33,987 nt of DNA from Gemmatimonadota bacterium (GCA_003221005.1 QHTZ01000104.1:1-33987); one strand, 5' to 3'. Shown: positions 10,091-19,250, counted from the first letter of the stretch. Translations and numbers: made by a program. The notes: generated by a model not told the origin, from the sequence alone.

Positions 10091-10629
10091 GGACACTCCT
10101 TGTCGGCGGCTGTGCCCTGCAACTGCTCGCGCCACAAGGCGGAGGGCTGCAGATCTTCAAGGCGTGGCTCGAGCGCGAGCATCCGGGCTACGGCAGCGAT
10201 GAAGGGCCCGCGCGGTTTCGCAACGCGATCGTCGAGGCCGCATATCCGGGACGGCGCTTCTACTACGTCCTCACCTACCCAAGGGGGATCGGCATTGCCC
10301 GGAACGCCTTGACGCTCGTCGCTCAGATTAGCGACCGCGGCACCGTATTGCCCCTCGTGCTCACATCACCCGCCACATATCGCCCCGGACTGAAGCGAGT
10401 CGTGACGGAGCGAGATGCCCGGCGGGCTGCCGCCGCCGTATTGATCCTCGCGCTGGGTGATCCGCTGCAGCGGCGCTGGAGGTTCGAGGAGAATCGAGTC
10501 ACGGTCGAGCGAAACAAGAACGGCTGGGTGTGCACGTACTCGTACGGCGTCAATTATGTGTCGCGGGTCACGTTCGACAACCACGGCACGCTGACCGAAA
10601 TCGACCCTAGGCTGCCGGCCGTGGCGTAG
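10087..10629 (+). CDS. Hypothetical protein, possibly exported (180 aa)
   Basis: ATGA overlap with the trpB2 stop; 3' half of the 9502 ORF; weak signal-like N-terminus MRTLLVGGCALQLLA; no recognised family. Confidence 0.65.
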   Translation: MRTLLVGGCALQLLAPQGGGLQIFKAWLEREHPGYGSDEGPARFRNAIVEAAYPGRRFYYVLTYPRGIGIARNALTLVAQISDRGTVLPLVLTSPATYRPGLKRVVTERDARRAAAAVLILALGDPLQRRWRFEENRVTVERNKNGWVCTYSYGVNYVSRVTFDNHGTLTEIDPRLPAVA

Positions 10630-10658
10630 GAGACCCTCCCATCTCTCACGAGCCTCAA

Positions 10659-11045
10659 GTGCCCGCGATCCTGTCGGGCCTCGTCCTCGGGCTAGCGCTC
10701 GGGCTGCTCATCGCCTGGTTGTACCTCTTGACGTGGAAGGCGCGTTACACGGCCGCCATCCGCGACGCCGCGATCGAGCGAAGCCTGGCCGTCACCTCCG
10801 GTAAGGTCCACGAGCAGCTGATCCCGTACCTCCCAGAGTTTCAGTACAACCCCAAGGACGCGCGCTTTGTCGGCAGCCCCGTGGATCTCGTCGTGTTCGA
10901 TGGCCTGGCGGAGGGGCAGGTGCGGCGGGTCGTGGTTCTCGAAGTGAAAACTGGAGGCTCGGGGCTCACCGGACGCGAGCGCCAAGTCCGGGACGTCATT
11001 GAGGCACGGCACGTGGAGTGGGCCGAGCTCAGGGTGGTGCGCTGA
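10659..11045 (+). CDS. Membrane-anchored Holliday junction resolvase-like PD-(D/E)xK protein (Endonuc_Holl family)
   Basis: N-terminal TM helix, then GKVHEQLIPY.P.F.YNPKDARFVGSPVDLVVFDG...LEVKTG..L..RERQVRD. Confidence 0.85.
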   Translation: MPAILSGLVLGLALGLLIAWLYLLTWKARYTAAIRDAAIERSLAVTSGKVHEQLIPYLPEFQYNPKDARFVGSPVDLVVFDGLAEGQVRRVVVLEVKTGGSGLTGRERQVRDVIEARHVEWAELRVVR

Positions 11046-12483
11046 GCCGTTCCGCCTCGAGCACCAGCTCCTTCCCCCGCGCGGGCTCGGACAGCGCCGC
11101 CACGTTGACCCGTACGTTTTCCAACGCGCCGGCAAGCGCGGCGTGGGCGAGCGCCTCAGCAACGAGGGCGTCCGAGCGCGCGCTCTTGTTGCCGGTCCCG
11201 CCGATCTCGGTGGCCAAAGCGATCAGGCGGGCCGCCGCCCGCGCAGTGGTGAGGGGTGGCTGGGCGGCGCCGAGCAGCGCTGTGTCGATGGCCACCGTCC
11301 GTCCCGGCGCGTCCTTGGGCAGCTTGTAGGCCGCGCTCACGCGCGTGTAGGCGGCCGCATCCTCGTCCACCAGCCGTCGCAGCTCCGTCCTCAGCGCCTC
11401 GGCTGCTGCGAGGATCTCCCGGATCCGGGGCTGGGCCGCCGCGTACGCGGCGCGGCCGATTGTCAGGCGTGCCACCATCGCCACGAGCGCTCCCGCCAGA
11501 GTCCCGGCCAGCGCGGCGGCGCTGCCGCCGCCCGGCACCGGCGCGGCGCTCGCCAGCTCCTCCAGAAAACCGTCCAGCGTCGGTCCTTCCGCTTCCCGGA
11601 TCTTGGCCTCGAGCAGATGCGCCGCGGGATCCACGAGCTTGAGACGATCCGCCGCCGTGCCTAGGAGGGCCCGTTCTGGGATCAATCCGACGATCTCGCT
11701 CTTGACGACTGTCACGCCACGTTTCTGCGCTTCACGCTCTATTTCACCCACGACTGTCACTGGTGGAGTCTCGTCGATGTCGAGCAGGTTCATTGACACC
11801 TGAGCCCTTCCGTCTACCGCGAACCCCGACGCCTGCACCGCCGGGAGGCCGCCGCCCGACGTCCGGATCCGCTTGGCGATCTCCTTGGCGATGGTGACGT
11901 CGGGCGTGTCGAGGTAGACGTTGAACGCGACGAGGAACGGCCGCGCGCCGATCGCGGTGGCACCGGCGGTCGGATGGATGCGCCGCGGACCAAAGTCGGG
12001 ATCGGCCGCGGGATCGCGTCCCAGCCGCTCGCGCAACCCTTCGAACTCACCCTTGCGGACGTCGGGGAGTCGCTCGCGCTCGGGGCGCGTCGCCGCGCGG
12101 GCGTAGAGGTAGATCGGGATCTCGAGGTCTGCGGCCGCCCGCTGGGCGAGCTGTCGGGCGAGCGCCACGCAGTCGTCCATGGTGACACCCTGCACCGGTA
12201 CGAACGGCACCACATCGGTCGCCCCCATCCGCGGGTGCTCACCCCGGTGTCCGGTCAGGTCGATCCGCTCGGTCGCGACGCACATGGCGCGGAACGCGGC
12301 CTCGACGGCAGGACCCGGCGCGGCGACGAAGGTGAACACGGAGCGGTTGTGCGAGGTGTCCGTCTGGACGTCCAGCACGCGCACGCCGGGCACTGAGAGC
12401 AGCGCCGCGCGCAGCGCGTCGATCGTCTCCCGGTTCCGACCCTCGGAGAAATTCGGGACGCACTCCACCAAGGGACCGGGCAT
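11029..12483 (-). CDS. ftcD: Glutamate formiminotransferase / formiminotetrahydrofolate cyclodeaminase (fused)
   Basis: LVECVPNFSEGR, HNRSV, GEHPRMGA.DV.PF, AQVSMNL; C-terminal cyclodeaminase domain PVPGGGSAAAL...NVRVN. Confidence 0.95.
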   Translation of the reverse strand: MPGPLVECVPNFSEGRNRETIDALRAALLSVPGVRVLDVQTDTSHNRSVFTFVAAPGPAVEAAFRAMCVATERIDLTGHRGEHPRMGATDVVPFVPVQGVTMDDCVALARQLAQRAAADLEIPIYLYARAATRPERERLPDVRKGEFEGLRERLGRDPAADPDFGPRRIHPTAGATAIGARPFLVAFNVYLDTPDVTIAKEIAKRIRTSGGGLPAVQASGFAVDGRAQVSMNLLDIDETPPVTVVGEIEREAQKRGVTVVKSEIVGLIPERALLGTAADRLKLVDPAAHLLEAKIREAEGPTLDGFLEELASAAPVPGGGSAAALAGTLAGALVAMVARLTIGRAAYAAAQPRIREILAAAEALRTELRRLVDEDAAAYTRVSAAYKLPKDAPGRTVAIDTALLGAAQPPLTTARAAARLIALATEIGGTGNKSARSDALVAEALAHAALAGALENVRVNVAALSEPARGKELVLEAERLSAPP

Positions 12484-13272
12484 TCAGGCAGCCCGCAGCA
12501 GCTCGCTGAGCCAGCGATGCAGCACCGGATTCCCAGCCACGAGCGACCCGCCGTCCAGCACGTCCTCGTCCCCAGCCAAGGTCGTCACGACGCCTCCCGC
12601 TTCGCGGATCAGGACCACGCCGGCCGCCACGTCCCAGGGAGCGAGGGAGAGCTCCCAGAAGGCGTCGAACCGGCCGGCAGCCACGTCGGCGAGGTCGAGG
12701 GCGGCCGATCCCGCGCGCCGGATGCCGCTGGAGCCGCTCATCACGGCCGTGAACTGACGGATGTAGCGCTCCAAGCCGTCCAGCCGCTTGAACGGGAACC
12801 CCGTTCCCACCAGGGCGAGGCGCGGTTCCGCCACGGTGGAGACGGCAAGCCGCCGCTCGCCCAGCCACGCGCCGTGACCCTTCGCGGCACGATAGACGAG
12901 ATCACGCGTCACGTCGTGAATCACCCCGACGCCCAACGCCCCCCGCACCATCGCTCCGATCGACACGGCGTACTGGGGATAGCCGTGCAGGTAGTTGGTC
13001 GTCCCGTCGAGCGGATCCACGAGCCAAACGACGTCTCCCCCACGCGCCGCCGCAGGCGACAGCTCCTCGCCCACGACGATCGAGCCCGGGATGCGCTGGG
13101 TCAGCGTTTCCGCGATGATCGCTTCGGCGCCGCGGTCCGTGTCGGTCACGAAATCGTGTCGGCTCTTCTCGGTCCAGTCCTCGGGCGCGGGTGGCTGCGC
13201 CTGGCGCAGGAACGCCGCCGCGCGCCCGGCGGCCGCCACGGCCACGTCCACTAAGTCTATGATTTCTCGCAC
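12484..13272 (-). CDS. suhB: Inositol monophosphatase family protein (SuhB-like)
   Basis: DFVT.TD, WLVDPLDGTTNY.HG, RRAGSAALDL, WDVAAG. Start moved to GTG 13272 to avoid overlapping trpS; exact start uncertain. Confidence 0.88.
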   Translation of the reverse strand: MREIIDLVDVAVAAAGRAAAFLRQAQPPAPEDWTEKSRHDFVTDTDRGAEAIIAETLTQRIPGSIVVGEELSPAAARGGDVVWLVDPLDGTTNYLHGYPQYAVSIGAMVRGALGVGVIHDVTRDLVYRAAKGHGAWLGERRLAVSTVAEPRLALVGTGFPFKRLDGLERYIRQFTAVMSGSSGIRRAGSAALDLADVAAGRFDAFWELSLAPWDVAAGVVLIREAGGVVTTLAGDEDVLDGGSLVAGNPVLHRWLSELLRAA

Positions 13273-13311
13273 CTTGCGGCACCCCACCTCAGTCTCGTAG
13301 GTTGTCAGCCC

Positions 13312-14304
13312 ATGGCGCGCGTCTTCTCCGGCATCCAACCCTCGGGCGAGCTGCACATCGGCAACTACCTCGGCGCGGTCCAGAACTGGGTCCAGCTCCA
13401 GTCCCAGCACGACTGCATTTTCTCTGTCGTCGACCTACACGCCATCACGCAGGCGTACGACGTCGCCACGCTGGCACCGCGCACGGTTGAAATGGCGGTG
13501 GGGCTGCTCGCCGCCGGCCTCGACCCGGAGCGCTGCATCGTCTTCGTGCAATCGCACGTACCGGAGCACACTGAGCTGAGCTGGCTGCTCAACACCGTGA
13601 CGCCGCTCGGCGAGCTGGAACGACAGACGCAGTTCAAGGATAAGGCGCAGCGCCAGGAAAGCGTACCGGCGGGACTCCTCAACTATCCGGTGTTGCAGGC
13701 GGCCGACGTGCTGCTGTACCTGGCGGCCCTGGTCCCGGTCGGTGAAGATCAGCTGCAACACCTCGAGTTGATGCGGGAGATCGCTCGGCGCTGGAACTCC
13801 CGCTTCGGGAACGGCTTTACCTTCCCCGAGCCGCAGCCGCTGCTCTCCACGACCAAGCGTGTGCTCGGTCTGGACGGTCAGGCGAAGATGTCGAAGAGTC
13901 TCGGGAATACCATCAGCCTGTTCGACTCTCCCGAAACCATCTGGCAGAAGCTCAAGCCCGCGGCGACCGATCCTGCTCGCGTCACGCGCAAGGACCCGGG
14001 GAATCCAGACCTCTGCAACATCTTCACGATTCATCAGGGCTTTTCGCCGCCCGCGACCCAGGAGCAGGTGGCGCACAACTGCCGCACAGCCGGGTGGGGG
14101 TGCCTCGACTGCAAGCGCGTCCTGGCGGACAATATGATAGCGGCGCTCACTCCCATCCGCGAGCGGGCGCAGGAGCTGCGGGCGCGTCCGCAGCGGGTGA
14201 CCGAGACGCTGCGCGCCGGGGCGGCCAAGGCGGAGGCCCTCGCGCGCCGCACGATGACCGAGGTGCGGCGACGCATGGGATTCCTGGACCCGCGGGAGGC
14301 GTGA
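13312..14304 (+). CDS. trpS: Tryptophan--tRNA ligase
   Basis: FSGIQPSG.LHIGNY, VPVGEDQ, KMSKS; C-x21-C-x6-C-x2-C in the C-terminal domain. Confidence 0.98.
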   Translation: MARVFSGIQPSGELHIGNYLGAVQNWVQLQSQHDCIFSVVDLHAITQAYDVATLAPRTVEMAVGLLAAGLDPERCIVFVQSHVPEHTELSWLLNTVTPLGELERQTQFKDKAQRQESVPAGLLNYPVLQAADVLLYLAALVPVGEDQLQHLELMREIARRWNSRFGNGFTFPEPQPLLSTTKRVLGLDGQAKMSKSLGNTISLFDSPETIWQKLKPAATDPARVTRKDPGNPDLCNIFTIHQGFSPPATQEQVAHNCRTAGWGCLDCKRVLADNMIAALTPIRERAQELRARPQRVTETLRAGAAKAEALARRTMTEVRRRMGFLDPREA

Positions 14305-14975
14305 TGGCACAAATCATCCAGACCATCGTGCAGGTGCTCCATCTCCAGCTCCTCATGCAACTCGGCCTGGCGACGCTGTGCGGCGGGGCGATCGGGTTCG
14401 AGCGGGAGCTGTCGGGCAAGCCGGCGGGGCTCCGCACCAACATCTTGATCTGCGTCGGGGCCACGCTGTTCACATCCCTGTCGTTCACACTCTCGCTCGG
14501 CCGCGGCGACCCGGCACGCATCGCGGCGCAAATCCTCCCTGGGGTAGGCTTCATCGGCGCTGGGACGATCCTGCACGCGCGCGGCTCGGTCACCGGCCTC
14601 ACCAGCGCGGCCACGATCTGGGTCGTGGCCGCAATCGGCATGGCATTGGGGGCGCAATCCTACTTCGAGGCCTTAGGGACAACGCTGCTGGTGATGCTCG
14701 TCCTGTGGGGCTTGCGCCGCCTGGAGGGACTCGTGGGCCGCGCCGCCACCCGCAGCCACCTGCTCATCCATGCCAAGCCGGACGGGGCCGCGCTCGAGGA
14801 CCTCGAAGCCCTGGTGCGTCGGGCCGGTCTCGAAGTCGAGCGTGCGGCCTCTCGCCAGGAGAACGTGGATCTCGTCGTGGAGTTCGACCTGCGCGGGCCG
14901 AAACGCCTGCACGACGAGGTTCTGTCCAGCGTGTTGCATCATCCCGGCGTGCGGGCGGTGTCGACGGGAGAGTGA
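14304..14975 (+). CDS. MgtC/SapB family membrane protein
   Basis: IGFERE...KPAGLRT..L, DPARIAAQI..GVGFIGAG.I, GLTSAATIW; TGATG overlap with trpS. Confidence 0.93.
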   Translation: MAQIIQTIVQVLHLQLLMQLGLATLCGGAIGFERELSGKPAGLRTNILICVGATLFTSLSFTLSLGRGDPARIAAQILPGVGFIGAGTILHARGSVTGLTSAATIWVVAAIGMALGAQSYFEALGTTLLVMLVLWGLRRLEGLVGRAATRSHLLIHAKPDGAALEDLEALVRRAGLEVERAASRQENVDLVVEFDLRGPKRLHDEVLSSVLHHPGVRAVSTGE

Positions 14976-16000
14976 CCCGGCGGCTCGTGGTGGACTTGGC
15001 TTCACCGGTCGCCGCGTGGCGCATTCCGGCGGCAGCGATGCAGGCGATCCGAGCCGCGCTGGGGGCGGGCTGGGAGGTGGTGGAAACGGGCGCTCCCGCC
15101 GCGAGCGACGGGGATGGCGGGTCGGGCTCCCCTGAGGCGGCGCGCGCCGTCCGGGGCGCGGAGATCTATCTCGGCTATGGAGTGCCCCCGGGCGTCGTGG
15201 CCGCCGGCCGTGGTACCCTCAAGTGGGTGCACAGCGGCACGGCGGGTGTGGGGGCGAGCCTGCCGCACCTCGCGGGCACAGGGATCGTGCTGACCAATTC
15301 GGCCGCGGTCCATGCGGAGCCGCTCGCCGATTGGGTGATCGCCGCGATCGCCTATTTCGCGCGCGGCCTCGACCGGATGCGGGAGGCCCAGGCGGCGGGA
15401 CGGTGGGCCCGGGACGACTTCACGGAGCTCCGCGTGCCGGTAGTCGAGTTCCGGGACCTCCGCGTGGGCGTGTTGGGGCTCGGCGGGATCGGCGCCGCGG
15501 TGGCGCGCCGTGCGCTGGCGCTCGGGATGCGCGTCGCTGGAGTGCGGCGGCGGCCGGAGCAGGGCGGCCCGGCGGGCGTAAGCTGGGTGGGCGGCCCGGC
15601 GGAGCTGCCGCGTCTCGCCGCTGACAGTGACTGCCTCGTCATCGCCGCGCCGCACACCCCCGAGACCGCCGCCGTCGTGGACCGTGCTGTGCTGCGGCGG
15701 CTGCCCGAAGGCGCGGTCGTCCTGAACGTTGCCCGTGGTTCGCTGCTGGACGAGGACGCGCTGCTCGAGCTGCTCGACAGCGGCCGGCTGCGGGGCGCCG
15801 CGCTGGACGTCTTTGCAAAGGAGCCGCTCCCGCCCGGCCATCCCTTCTGGCGGCACCCCCGCGTACTGGTGAGCCCGCACGCGAGCGCCGTGACCGCCCG
15901 TTTCTGGGAGCGCGAAACGGGGCTCATTCTCGAGAACATCCGGCGCTATCTTGCAGGGGCGCCCCTGCTGAACGTGGTGGATCAGGAGGCCGGTTACTGA
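14972..16000 (+). CDS. D-2-hydroxyacid dehydrogenase family protein
   Basis: Rossmann GVLGLGGIG, LNVARG, AALDVF..EPL, SPHAS; GTGA overlap with MgtC. Confidence 0.92.
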   Translation: MTRRLVVDLASPVAAWRIPAAAMQAIRAALGAGWEVVETGAPAASDGDGGSGSPEAARAVRGAEIYLGYGVPPGVVAAGRGTLKWVHSGTAGVGASLPHLAGTGIVLTNSAAVHAEPLADWVIAAIAYFARGLDRMREAQAAGRWARDDFTELRVPVVEFRDLRVGVLGLGGIGAAVARRALALGMRVAGVRRRPEQGGPAGVSWVGGPAELPRLAADSDCLVIAAPHTPETAAVVDRAVLRRLPEGAVVLNVARGSLLDEDALLELLDSGRLRGAALDVFAKEPLPPGHPFWRHPRVLVSPHASAVTARFWERETGLILENIRRYLAGAPLLNVVDQEAGY

Positions 16001-17217
16001 TGGACGAGGCGAAGTCGCGCAGCCCGAGGGTGAGCGGCCAGGCGGCACCCCCACAGGGCGGCATCGAGAAGATCATCAAGGCAGCCGTCGACCGCGGCGC
16101 TTCGGATCTGCACATCAAGGCGGGGGACGTGTTTCGCGCCCGCATCGACGGCAAGCTCGTCCCGCTCACCAAACAGCGCCTCACGCCGGAGCAGACCAAG
16201 GCCATTGCCCTGCGGCTGATGCCGAACGAGGATGACCAGGCCACGATTGACCGCATCCGCGACTACGACTGCTCGTGGGGGATGCCCGGCCTCGGCCGTT
16301 TCCGCGTCAACATTCTGCGACAGCGCTCGTCGTTCATGATCGTGATGCGGGTCATCCCCTTCGACGTGCCGTCGTTCGAGTCGCTCCACCTTCCCGCGGT
16401 CCTGCGCACGGTTGCGTCCACCGACCACGGCCTCGTGCTCGTGACGGGGCCCGCCGGGTCGGGGAGAAGCTCGACGATGGCCGCGATGGTGAACCATATC
16501 AATCAAAATCAGCAGCGGCACATCGTGACGCTGGAAAACCCGATTGAGTTCCTGCATCGCGACATCAACTCCTCGGTGACCCAGCGCGAGATCGGGGTGG
16601 ACACGGACGACTACCGACGGGGCCTGCGCGCTGCGCTGCGTCAGGACCCCGATGTGGTGCTGATCGGGGACATCCGGGACGCACCGATTGTGGACACAGC
16701 GCTGCGGGCCGCCGAAACAGGGCACCTGGTCATCTCGGCGCTCGACACGCCCGATGCCGTCACGACGGTCGCGCGCGTGATCGCCATGTATCCTGCCGAA
16801 GAGCAGGTCGCGCTGCGGCTGCGCCTCTCCGAGTCGCTGCAGGCGGTCGTGTCCCAGCGGTTGCTCCCCCGGGCCGACGGCCGCGGCCGCGTAGCTGCCG
16901 TCGAGGTGCTGATCTGCACCGGGGCCGCCCGCGAGATGATCCGGGACGCGCGGCGGCTGCCGGAGCTGCGCGCGCACATCCGTACCTCGCGCGAGCGCCA
17001 CGGCGCGCAGACGCTGGACCAGCACTTGTTCGATCTCGTCGCCGAGGGCGTGGTCACGCACGAGGCCGCGATCGCGGCGGCGCCCGTGCCGGCCGAGTTC
17101 GAGCAGATGATACGTGGCCTGGACCGCCGGCCCCCCCCTGCGCGGCCGGCGGAAACGGCGGCCGCTCGCGAAGCCCCCATCCCGGACGACCTGTCGCGCA
17201 TGCTTCCCGGTTCGTGA
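16000..17217 (+). CDS. PilT/PilU-family type IV pilus ATPase with degenerate catalytic motifs
   Basis: ASDLHIK, GRFRVN, TLENPIEF.H, QREIG.DT, ALRQDPDV, AAETGHLV, SQRL. Walker A reads GSGRS, Walker B reads GDIRD. Confidence 0.9.
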   Translation: MDEAKSRSPRVSGQAAPPQGGIEKIIKAAVDRGASDLHIKAGDVFRARIDGKLVPLTKQRLTPEQTKAIALRLMPNEDDQATIDRIRDYDCSWGMPGLGRFRVNILRQRSSFMIVMRVIPFDVPSFESLHLPAVLRTVASTDHGLVLVTGPAGSGRSSTMAAMVNHINQNQQRHIVTLENPIEFLHRDINSSVTQREIGVDTDDYRRGLRAALRQDPDVVLIGDIRDAPIVDTALRAAETGHLVISALDTPDAVTTVARVIAMYPAEEQVALRLRLSESLQAVVSQRLLPRADGRGRVAAVEVLICTGAAREMIRDARRLPELRAHIRTSRERHGAQTLDQHLFDLVAEGVVTHEAAIAAAPVPAEFEQMIRGLDRRPPPARPAETAAAREAPIPDDLSRMLPGS

Positions 17218-18095
17218 GCGCGCGGCGCCCCTCCGGGGTCCTCGCCCCCGTCACCACTCCCTTCGATTCGGCCACGGGCGACGTGGCGCCCCTGCACCTC
17301 AAGCGCAACGTCGCGACGCTGCTGGCCGCTGGGCTCGACGGGATCGTGGTGTCCGGCTCAACGGGCGAAGCCGCCGCGCTCGACGCTGACGAGCAGCGGC
17401 TGCTGATCGGGACAGTGCGGGAGCAGCTGCCGGACCGCACCTGGCTGGTGGCGGGCGCCGGGGGGGAATCCACACGACAGGCGGTGGCGCTGTCAAAGGC
17501 CGCCGCCCTCGAAGGTGCCGATGCGGTTCTCGTCCGGCCACCCGCCTACTTCGCCGCCGCGACCACGCCCGCGACGCTCGTCGACCACTACCGGGCCCTG
17601 GCCGACGCGAGCCCTGTGCCGGTCCTGATCTACAACATCCCCAAGTACACGCACCTGCCCCTCGCCGCCGGACTGCTCCGACAGCTCGCCGACCACGAGA
17701 ACATCGTCGGGGTCAAGGACTCTTCCGGCGACGCCAAGAACCTCGCTGCCTACCGGGACGCCGTGCCGGAGTGGTCGGTGCTCGTGGGGTCGGGTTCTCT
17801 GCTGTACGCGGCGCTCGAAATGGGCTGCGAGGGCGGGATCCTTGCGGTGGCGTGCTTTGCCGCGGCGCTGTGCGCCGAGGTCTATACGGCGTTCCACTGC
17901 GGCAACCGCGAGCGCGCCGGCGCGCTCCAGCAGCGGCTCGCGCCGCTCGACCGGGAGATCGTCGGCAAGTTCGGGCCCGCTGGCGTCAAGGCGGCGATGG
18001 ATGCCGTGGGCCTGTATGGCGGGCCATGCCGGCCGCCGCTCGCGCCCGTGTCGCTGGCGGAACGGGAGCGGCTCGGGCGGCTGCTCGCGGCGTGA
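17214..18095 (+). CDS. Dihydrodipicolinate synthase family (class I aldolase, HOGA-like)
   Basis: TPF, GSTGE, IYNIP, GVKDSSG (Schiff-base Lys), CRPPL. Confidence 0.9.
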   Translation: MSARRPSGVLAPVTTPFDSATGDVAPLHLKRNVATLLAAGLDGIVVSGSTGEAAALDADEQRLLIGTVREQLPDRTWLVAGAGGESTRQAVALSKAAALEGADAVLVRPPAYFAAATTPATLVDHYRALADASPVPVLIYNIPKYTHLPLAAGLLRQLADHENIVGVKDSSGDAKNLAAYRDAVPEWSVLVGSGSLLYAALEMGCEGGILAVACFAAALCAEVYTAFHCGNRERAGALQQRLAPLDREIVGKFGPAGVKAAMDAVGLYGGPCRPPLAPVSLAERERLGRLLAA

Positions 18096-19174
18096 ACGAA
18101 TACCGGCGGGTGCTGGCCGACCTCGCCGCGCCGCGCCTCGTCGGATCGCCCCACCACGCTCGCGCCCGCGAGCTGCTGCGGGCCGAGCTTGACCGGCGGG
18201 GCTACGTCGTCCTGGAGCACCAGTTTCCCGTCGTGCCGCCGGGCCGCCTCGCGGGGCCGATATACGCGGGCGGTGCTCTCGTCTGGGCGTCGATCACAGT
18301 CGCGCTCCTCGGAGCGTCGTCCGCCCACGCGGCGGCCGGCATGCTGCTGGCGGCGCTGTTGGTCGGCGGCGTCGTGCGGGTCGCGCGGGGGATGGGCGCG
18401 GCAGCCGTCGGCGTCAACCTCATCGGCGTCCGCGCGCGCGCGCGCGTGGCGGTGTGGCTCGCTGCGCACTACGATTCGAAGGGACAACCCCTCTCGATGG
18501 CGACGCGGCTGCTGGGCGTGGGGGTGGCGGTCATTGGTGCACTCGCGCTCGTGCTCGTCGCGGCGGCTCGGCTGACAGGAGCGGAGTGGAGCCGTCCGGT
18601 CGAGCTGCTGCTCGCCGCACCGGCCCTCGGCGGCGGTCTGCTCCTGCTTCAGAATCGCGCCACGAACGGCTCTCCCGGAGCGGTGGATAACGCTTCGGCC
18701 CTCGTGACTGTGCTCGCGATCCTGGACCGGCTGCCCGGCGATGCGCCTGTCGGAGTCCTGTTTCCTGACGCAGAGGAGTACGGGCTGCTGGGCGCGAGCG
18801 CGCTCGCGCGCGAGCGCGCCAACCTGTTCGATGGCACCGTCGTGCTCAATCTCGACGGCATCGACGACGACGGGTCCACGCTGTGCGTGGCGCACCGCGC
18901 CGGCCCGACGGTGGACGCGGTCGCGACCGGGCTCGGCGCGCGCCGCCGGCGCTTCCTGCCAGTGGTGGTGGACGGGTGGGCATTCGCGCGGGTGGCGCGG
19001 GAGTGCGCGACCATCATGCGGGGCGGCTGGCGTACGGCGGCGGTGGTTCATACTGCACGCGACACAGCGGACCGATTGACACTGGAGGGGGTTCGAGCGG
19101 TCTCGGCCGCGGTCGCCGCTGTTCTCGGGACAGTTCCTACGCTCACGGGCGGGCTCGGCGCCGCGCAGCGCTGA
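18092..19174 (+). CDS. M28-family peptidase-like membrane protein
   Basis: PRLVGS, AAHYDS, GAVDNASA, DAEEYGL.GA, LNLD, VHT..D; hydrophobic helices inserted; GTGA overlap with upstream gene. Confidence 0.82.
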   Translation: MNEYRRVLADLAAPRLVGSPHHARARELLRAELDRRGYVVLEHQFPVVPPGRLAGPIYAGGALVWASITVALLGASSAHAAAGMLLAALLVGGVVRVARGMGAAAVGVNLIGVRARARVAVWLAAHYDSKGQPLSMATRLLGVGVAVIGALALVLVAAARLTGAEWSRPVELLLAAPALGGGLLLLQNRATNGSPGAVDNASALVTVLAILDRLPGDAPVGVLFPDAEEYGLLGASALARERANLFDGTVVLNLDGIDDDGSTLCVAHRAGPTVDAVATGLGARRRRFLPVVVDGWAFARVARECATIMRGGWRTAAVVHTARDTADRLTLEGVRAVSAAVAAVLGTVPTLTGGLGAAQR

Positions 19175-19178
19175 AGCG

Positions 19179-19207
19179 TTGACGGAGGCTGGTCCCGGGT
19201 CTACCTT
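19179..19207 (+). promoter_or_regulatory. Sigma70-type promoter upstream of purA
   Basis: TTGACG (19179-84), 17-nt spacer, TACCTT (19202-07). Confidence 0.65.
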
Positions 19208-19224
19208 CCCTCAGAGGATACTCG

Positions 19225-19250
19225 AACGCCCCGCTCGTCGGGGCGTTTTT
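19225..19250 (+). terminator. Intrinsic terminator in the purA leader
   Basis: aacgccccg-ctcgt-cggggcgtt hairpin ending in a T5 run. Confidence 0.7.

Noticed and set aside
10659-11045. Mobile element or defence island around the resolvase-like nuclease
   Set aside because: No integrase, transposase, terminal repeats or partner defence genes are visible.
13273-13410. N-terminal extension of the suhB ORF
   Set aside because: It overlaps the divergent trpS start, and family similarity begins only after about 13272.
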